Source: Armatimonadota bacterium (lineage in GTDB: Bacteria; Armatimonadota; Zipacnadia; Zipacnadales; UBA5352). From it: a stretch of 32,091 nt of DNA. Location: assembly GCA_034722055.1 (NCBI GenBank), contig JAYENL010000178.1, forward strand, positions 1 through 32,091, given 5' to 3'. The number at the start of each line of letters is the position of its first letter. Position 1 is the stretch's first letter. Position numbers and translations under genes: made by a program. Below the pieces are notes generated by a model. The model did no database searches. It was given only the letters and a program-made list of their open reading frames with translations, and had not been told where the DNA came from. Below, one piece after another: positions 26,905 to 32,091 of this stretch.

Positions 26905-28233
26905 ATGCCTGTCATTCGAGACCGACCGCGGCTGGCCGCGATGTGCGCGTTGGCGCTGCTCATCACGCTGCCAGCCTCCGCAGCGGGGCAGGAAGGGAAG
27001 AGCAAGGAGTCCGAGGTCTCCATCACGGTGGCGGACGCCGGTGTCTCCCTCTTCGCGGTGAACGCCGACGCCCACGAGCTGCTCAGCGAGCTGGCGCGCG
27101 AGACCGGTCTGCCCATCATCGTGGATGACACGGTGGACCGCACCATCACGCTGAACGTCGTTGACAAGCAGCCTCGGGAGATCCTGGCCACTATCGTGGA
27201 CACCTACGGGCTTTCGTTCGCCGAGCTGGATGGCATCTTCATCTTCTCCGAGGGCATTCCCAACTCGCCATCCTCCTACCTGCTCTCCAACATCGGCTCC
27301 TACACCACCCAGTACGTCTCCGCCGCCCAGGCTCGTGACCTCATGCCGGCATTCCTGACTCGCTACGTGAAGGTCAACGCCTCCCAGAACGCCGTCGTGC
27401 TCTCGGCTCCCGAGCCGGTCCTGCGGCGCTTCCAGGAGGACATCGAGCAGTTCGACAAGCCGCCGGCCCAGACCATGCTCGATGTGCTGGTGGTGGAGTT
27501 CACCGACGTGGACACCGAGGAGTTCGCGGCTCAGATCGGCTGGTCCAACGATGAGCTCGGGCTCCGCACGGACTCGCTCACCGGCGACCTGAACTTCACC
27601 GCCCTCGCGGAGCTGTCCACCGACTTCTTCGCCTTCCTCGACGCCCTCGTCTCCGCGCGCAAGGCCCGCGTGCGGGCGTGCCCGAGCATCGCCACCGTCA
27701 GTGGCTCGGGCGCCCGCATCTTCATCGGCACCCAGCAGTTCCTGGAGATTCCCGTGTCCCTGCCGGGGCAGGGCACGAGCAACTCCATCGACGCAGGCGT
27801 GAGCCTGGAGATGCGCCCCCTCACCGGTGGCGAGGGCGAGATCATCCTCAACATCGAGGAGGAGATCTCCACCCTTGGCGCCGTCTCGCCAGTCACGGGC
27901 CTCCCGGAGAAGACCACCCGCTCGGCGGATACCACCGTCCGTGTCAGGGACGGCCAAACGCTCATTGTCGGCGGCCTCAAGCAGGATGAGAGCCGTGAGA
28001 TACGCGGCCGCATCCCGCTGCTCAGCGACATCCCGGTGATCGGCGAGCTGTTCACATCCCGCGATGTCGAGAAGACCACCGTGGACCTCACCATCTTCGT
28101 CACCGCGCGCCTCCTGTCACAGACCGGACACCTGCCCGAGGAGCAGGAGGAGGTCATCAAGCGCCGGTTCCTGCCTCAGGGCGAGGGTCAGAGCGAGCCG
28201 GGGATACAGCCCGGCGAGGTCATCGATGAGTAG
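26905..28233 (+). CDS. Secretin 1 (N0/STN, one Secretin_N domain, secretin domain), about 442 aa
   Basis: Signal peptide ending ASA, N0-like segment (ADAHELLSELARETGLPIIVD), N-domain (NAVVLSAP...DIEQFDKP), and the signature TTVRVRDGQTLIVGGL...RIPLLSDIPVIGELF...IFVT. Alternative starts 26854 and 26941. Confidence 0.9.
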   Translation: MPVIRDRPRLAAMCALALLITLPASAAGQEGKSKESEVSITVADAGVSLFAVNADAHELLSELARETGLPIIVDDTVDRTITLNVVDKQPREILATIVDTYGLSFAELDGIFIFSEGIPNSPSSYLLSNIGSYTTQYVSAAQARDLMPAFLTRYVKVNASQNAVVLSAPEPVLRRFQEDIEQFDKPPAQTMLDVLVVEFTDVDTEEFAAQIGWSNDELGLRTDSLTGDLNFTALAELSTDFFAFLDALVSARKARVRACPSIATVSGSGARIFIGTQQFLEIPVSLPGQGTSNSIDAGVSLEMRPLTGGEGEIILNIEEEISTLGAVSPVTGLPEKTTRSADTTVRVRDGQTLIVGGLKQDESREIRGRIPLLSDIPVIGELFTSRDVEKTTVDLTIFVTARLLSQTGHLPEEQEEVIKRRFLPQGEGQSEPGIQPGEVIDE

Positions 28234-29980
28234 CCTCCGCAGGGCCGCCGGTGCGCTAGTGCTTCTCCTGGCGGTGCTCCCCGCCAGCGCGCAGACCCAG
28301 CTCGCCGTGGAGCTCACCGAGGTGGAGATCGAGCAGTTCACCAACGGCGTCGAGATCACGCTCGAGGCCGATGGCCTGCTTCAGGTGCTGGCGATCGGCG
28401 AATGGTACCACACCGATGAGGACCACAGCTTCGAGCTGGTCCTTCCTAACGCCCGATCCAGCGTCAGCACCTTCGTGGACGTCAGCCAGTATCCGGTCAA
28501 CTACCTCAAGCTGGAGACCCCGCCGCAGGAGCGCGTGGAGGAGCTCGTGCTTGAGGCGGGCGAGAGCCTGGAGTCGCTCGAGCAGTGGGAGCGCGTCGTA
28601 CAGGAGGGCGTGGGCCTGATCCTCACCGTGCGGCTGTATCTGTGGGGCCACGTGCACAGTGCGGAGCTCGATAACGTTGACTGGGGCGGCCAATGGGAGT
28701 GGGATCCGGGCGATATCGCCTATGACCTCCGCAAGTCACGCTCCGGCCGGGAGCTGGTCATCACTGTCTGGAGCGACCGCCGGGAGCTGCTGCCCGAGGA
28801 GCGCGCTCCCCGCGTCGATCAGGACCTGCCCGCGACGCTCTCGATCCAGGCCCAGGATGGGACTCTCGCTGTCGATGCCGTCAACGTGCCCCTCCAGCAG
28901 TTGATGTCTGACGTTGCGGAGCGCGCCGGCGTGAGCATCTACGTCAGCGACCGCGTCCGCCGCCTTGCAACGGTGCATCTCGCCGACACGGATGTCCCGG
29001 GCCTGATCGAGGCCGTGGCCGCCGGCCTGGGCCTGACAGCGTCCTTCGACGGCGACGCGTGGTACGTCAGCGACGGCCTGCCCAGCAGCCTGGCGCCCTT
29101 CACCTCCGGTCAGAGCCGGACCTTCCGCCTCAAGTACCTCACCGCTGATGAGGCCATCAACCTGCTGCCTGAGTTCCTGCTCCGCTACCTGCGCCCCAGT
29201 CCCACCAACGACAGCATCACGGCCCACGGGCCGCAGCAGCTTCTGGACCGCATCGAGTCCGACCTTCGCACCCTCGACCAGCCCACTCGGGCGGTGCGCC
29301 TGCGCCTGGCGGTCATCGAGGCCGCCCGGGGAAGCCTCTCGCGCCGCGTCTGGCGCCTGATGCGCGGCGGCAGCACCACCATTGACGTGGACGGCGAGGA
29401 GGGCTCCATCCGCTTCCGCCATGGCGAGGAGCCGATCGATCGCCTCATCGCGCGCGTGCGGGCGCTCAGCGAGACCGAGGACATCTCCGTGGATGTCAGA
29501 CCCAGCCTCACCGTCGAGCCCGGCCAGTGGGCGGGGCTGTTCTCGGGCGAGGAGCAGTACTACCAGTTCCTCCGCTACGGACGCCGCCTCGACCTCAACC
29601 GCGTTGAGGCCGGTGTCCAGCTCTGGGTGCGGCCCCGGGCCACCGCCGGCGAGCTGATCGAGAGCAGTGTCTCCGTGAGGGTGGCCAACTTCCGCGGGCG
29701 CCGCCAGCCGCCGATCATCGACACCAGAGAGGTCAGCAGCACCGTCCTGCTGCGCAGCGGCGACACCATGATCATCGGCGGCGGCCTCCGCCTCGCCGAC
29801 AGGTTCGAGGAGGACTCCGGCCCCATGCCCTTCCGTGACGCCTGGCTGCTGCGGGATATCACCGAACGCACTTCCGACAGCCAACGCGTCCGCGAGATCA
29901 TCTTCCTGATGTCCGCGGAGGTCGTTGAGCTGCGCCACGCCACCGGTTCTGACGAGCAGACGTCGAGAGGAGACGCATGA
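28226..29980 (+). CDS. Secretin 2 (AMIN-like, N0, N, divergent secretin domain), 584 aa
   Basis: Signal peptide ending ASA, the same N0/N motifs as its neighbours, and EAGVQLWVRP and TREVSSTVLLRSGDTMIIGG. The IP-L-DIP-IG-LF motif is degenerate. Start overlaps the secretin 1 end by 8 nt (ATGAGTAG). Confidence 0.8.
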   Translation: MSSLRRAAGALVLLLAVLPASAQTQLAVELTEVEIEQFTNGVEITLEADGLLQVLAIGEWYHTDEDHSFELVLPNARSSVSTFVDVSQYPVNYLKLETPPQERVEELVLEAGESLESLEQWERVVQEGVGLILTVRLYLWGHVHSAELDNVDWGGQWEWDPGDIAYDLRKSRSGRELVITVWSDRRELLPEERAPRVDQDLPATLSIQAQDGTLAVDAVNVPLQQLMSDVAERAGVSIYVSDRVRRLATVHLADTDVPGLIEAVAAGLGLTASFDGDAWYVSDGLPSSLAPFTSGQSRTFRLKYLTADEAINLLPEFLLRYLRPSPTNDSITAHGPQQLLDRIESDLRTLDQPTRAVRLRLAVIEAARGSLSRRVWRLMRGGSTTIDVDGEEGSIRFRHGEEPIDRLIARVRALSETEDISVDVRPSLTVEPGQWAGLFSGEEQYYQFLRYGRRLDLNRVEAGVQLWVRPRATAGELIESSVSVRVANFRGRRQPPIIDTREVSSTVLLRSGDTMIIGGGLRLADRFEEDSGPMPFRDAWLLRDITERTSDSQRVREIIFLMSAEVVELRHATGSDEQTSRGDA

Positions 29981-31821
29981 TGCTTCGCGCTTATGGCCAT
30001 CTGATCGCAATAGCGTTCTGCCTGCTGGTGGCGGCCTCGCCGCTGCTGGCGCAGGACGCCTACTGCTCCATCACCAACGTGACCACCAAGGCCCTTAGCA
30101 ACGGGGCCACCATCACCGTGGAGGCCGACGGCATGCTCCAGTACGACCTCCGCGGCCGCGATGAGCAGAGGGTCTCGGAGATCGTTATCGAGCTCGAGAA
30201 CGCCCGCTCGGCACTCGACGACGACATCATCCGCCCCGATGACGCCTATCCCATCAGCTACATCAGCTTCACCATACCCGGCGACGCCCGCAACGGCATC
30301 GGCCTGCTCATGAAGGTGGAGCTGGTGGACCCCTCCGCCTTCACCATCCCCGAGCAGTCCGACCAGCAGAAGCTGGTGGTCAACATCCGCACCGAGCGCA
30401 CCGTCCCCCGCGCCGCGGGCGAGGAGGGGGATGAGGACGAAGAGGAGGAAGAGGAGGAGGAGAAGCTGGAGGTTGCCTGCGGCGAGCAGGGCCTGGTCAC
30501 TATCCGGGCGCTGAAGTCTGACATCCACCGCGTGGTGGCCGAGCTGGCCCGTGAGGCCGGCGTGAACGTGGCCGTCGATGACGCCGTCAGCCGCAAGGTC
30601 AGCCTCAACGTGACCGGCCTCACGCCCCAGCAGGTCATGCAGGGCATCGCCTCCGGCTACGGCCTGGCGATCTCCAGCGTCGGCGATGTGCAGATGCTCT
30701 CCGAGGGCATCCCCACCGACCTGCCCACCTACGGGCGCTCCGCGACCGCCTCCTATCCCCTCACCTACCTGAAGGTCGATGACGCCGCCAGCCTCCTGCC
30801 GCCCTTCCTCATCGAGTATCTGCGGCGGAACCCCCAGCAGAACTCCATCGTGGTCACCGCACCCCGGCAGATGCTCGAGAAGATCGGCACCGACCTCAGG
30901 GCCATCGACATCGCCCCGCCGCTGATCATGGTGGAGGTCCTGGCCATGGAGATCACCCGCGACGGCTCCGCCGAGAACTTCCTGGAGTGGGCCTACTACG
31001 GCCCCGACTCCCAGTTCCGGGGCAGCACTCGCGAGGGCGAGGCGGACTACGCCGAGGGCGAGAGCTTCGGCATCTCCGGCGGCGTCGTGGACACTGAGGA
31101 GCTGTCAGTACACGTCCGCGCGCTGGTCAACTCCGGGTCCGCGCGCATCCACGCCGAGCCCCGCATGGCGGCCATGAACGGGGAGCGCGCCAGCATCTTC
31201 ATCGGCCGCGATCGGTTCATCCGCATGACCTACCTGCGCTATGGCGAGCAGCAGGAGCGGATCGAGACCGTGCGGGTGGGCGTGTCGCTGAGCATCAGGC
31301 CGTGGACCGGCGGCAACGGGGAGATCACCTCCAGCGTGGAGTGTGAGGTCTCCAACATCGTGGACATCGATCCCGAGACCGGCATCCCGCGCCTGAGCAC
31401 CCGCAAGGCCGAGGCCACCGTGCGAGCCCGCGACGGCGAGACCATCATCATCGGCGGCCTGCTCCAGCGCCAGCAGGAGAAGACCGACCGGCGAATCCCC
31501 ATCCTCTCGGACATTCCCATCATCGGCGAGCTCTTCCGCTCCTCCAACACCCGCACCACCGACAGCGAGCTGATCTTCTTCGTCACACCGCGGGTCATCG
31601 ACCCCGAGAGCGCCGGGCAGGTCGCCGACGAGGCCATCCGGCAGCTCGGCGGCCCGACGGCGGTGACCTGCCCCGCGCCGCCGGATGCCCGCCAGGAGCC
31701 CGAGCCGACAATCACCGGGCAGGAGGCCGCGGCCGAGGCGGCGACGGCGCCTGCTGAGCCACCCGAGCGAGCCGGCCCCTGGCCCGCCCCCTGGCCCCTG
31801 CGCCCCGGCCGGACCCGCTGA
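29977..31821 (+). CDS. Secretin 3 (AMIN-like, N0, N, secretin domain; PilQ-like architecture), 614 aa
   Basis: Signal peptide ending LLA, and VGVSLSIRP, ATVRARDGETIIIGGLLQ...RIPILSDIPIIGELF...ELIFFVTPRVI. ATGA overlap with secretin 2. Confidence 0.92.
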   Translation: MMLRAYGHLIAIAFCLLVAASPLLAQDAYCSITNVTTKALSNGATITVEADGMLQYDLRGRDEQRVSEIVIELENARSALDDDIIRPDDAYPISYISFTIPGDARNGIGLLMKVELVDPSAFTIPEQSDQQKLVVNIRTERTVPRAAGEEGDEDEEEEEEEEKLEVACGEQGLVTIRALKSDIHRVVAELAREAGVNVAVDDAVSRKVSLNVTGLTPQQVMQGIASGYGLAISSVGDVQMLSEGIPTDLPTYGRSATASYPLTYLKVDDAASLLPPFLIEYLRRNPQQNSIVVTAPRQMLEKIGTDLRAIDIAPPLIMVEVLAMEITRDGSAENFLEWAYYGPDSQFRGSTREGEADYAEGESFGISGGVVDTEELSVHVRALVNSGSARIHAEPRMAAMNGERASIFIGRDRFIRMTYLRYGEQQERIETVRVGVSLSIRPWTGGNGEITSSVECEVSNIVDIDPETGIPRLSTRKAEATVRARDGETIIIGGLLQRQQEKTDRRIPILSDIPIIGELFRSSNTRTTDSELIFFVTPRVIDPESAGQVADEAIRQLGGPTAVTCPAPPDARQEPEPTITGQEAAAEAATAPAEPPERAGPWPAPWPLRPGRTR

Positions 31822-31849
31822 GAGCCGCCCTTCCGACGTCAGGGTTCTG

Positions 31850-32091
31850 CAAGCGCTCGCCGTTGCCGTGCGCCATCGGCGTGATATCGTACGGAGGACC
31901 GGGCGTTCCCGCCCGCCCTGTCTTTGGCGTATGGAGGGGCCGGACCACTGTCCGGCCCGCCGTTCTTGCCCCGCGGGTGTTGTCGCGGACCGACGGGGGA
32001 GGACGACGGCAAAACGGCGTGCGGGCGGGGGCGCCGCACTACGGAGGACATACGGCAACGGCCGGCGTCCCTTTACCGGTACGGAGGGGCG
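31850..32091. repeat. REP-like cluster with TAYGGAGG-led palindromes
   Basis: TA(C/T)GGAGG occurs four times (about 31890, 31930, 32040, 32080). The first two are followed by GC stems (GGGCG-TTCC-CGCCC and GGGCCGGAC-CACT-GTCCGGCCC). GACATACGGCAACGGCC resembles GACATATGGCAACGACC at 31-47. Confidence 0.65.

Noticed and set aside
26905..31821. Assigning pilQ or gspD symbols, or calling a T2SS/T4P locus
   Set aside because: No cognate machinery is in the window, and orthology cannot be established by eye.
31822..31860. Intrinsic terminator after the secretin operon
   Set aside because: Only a weak stem with no convincing U-tract, so the operon end is inferred from the REP cluster alone.

Overview
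High-GC bacterial window with about 18 genes and no rRNA, tRNA, CRISPR array or transposase that I can see. The gene content resembles Armatimonadota-type glycan specialists, but that assignment is a low-confidence inference. Most of the window encodes large multidomain carbohydrate-active proteins. A minus-strand run encodes a sulfatase, a PcRGLX/YetA (PL26-like) protein, a GH123/DUF4091-like protein, a CBM9-type binding protein and a beta-helix lipoprotein. Elsewhere are a GHL6/GH42-like hydrolase, a GH20-like hexosaminidase followed by an iron-sulfur flavoprotein, and a 1024-aa two-CBM putative hydrolase. The window also has a TIM-barrel isomerase, a methyltransferase-like protein, a GT-C membrane protein and a DUF6159-like membrane protein. 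Five things stand out: (1) three overlapping paralogous secretin genes with no other T2SS/T4P gene in the window, one with a degenerate secretin signature; (2) a stand-alone 101-aa gene of only two GyrA C-terminal pinwheel blades with its own promoter, RBS and terminator; (3) circularly permuted CBM4/9-like modules inserted into two different enzymes; (4) a gene remnant apparently formed by internal deletion; (5) mosaic REP-like palindrome clusters in intergenic regions. Family calls come from motif recognition by eye, not database searches.
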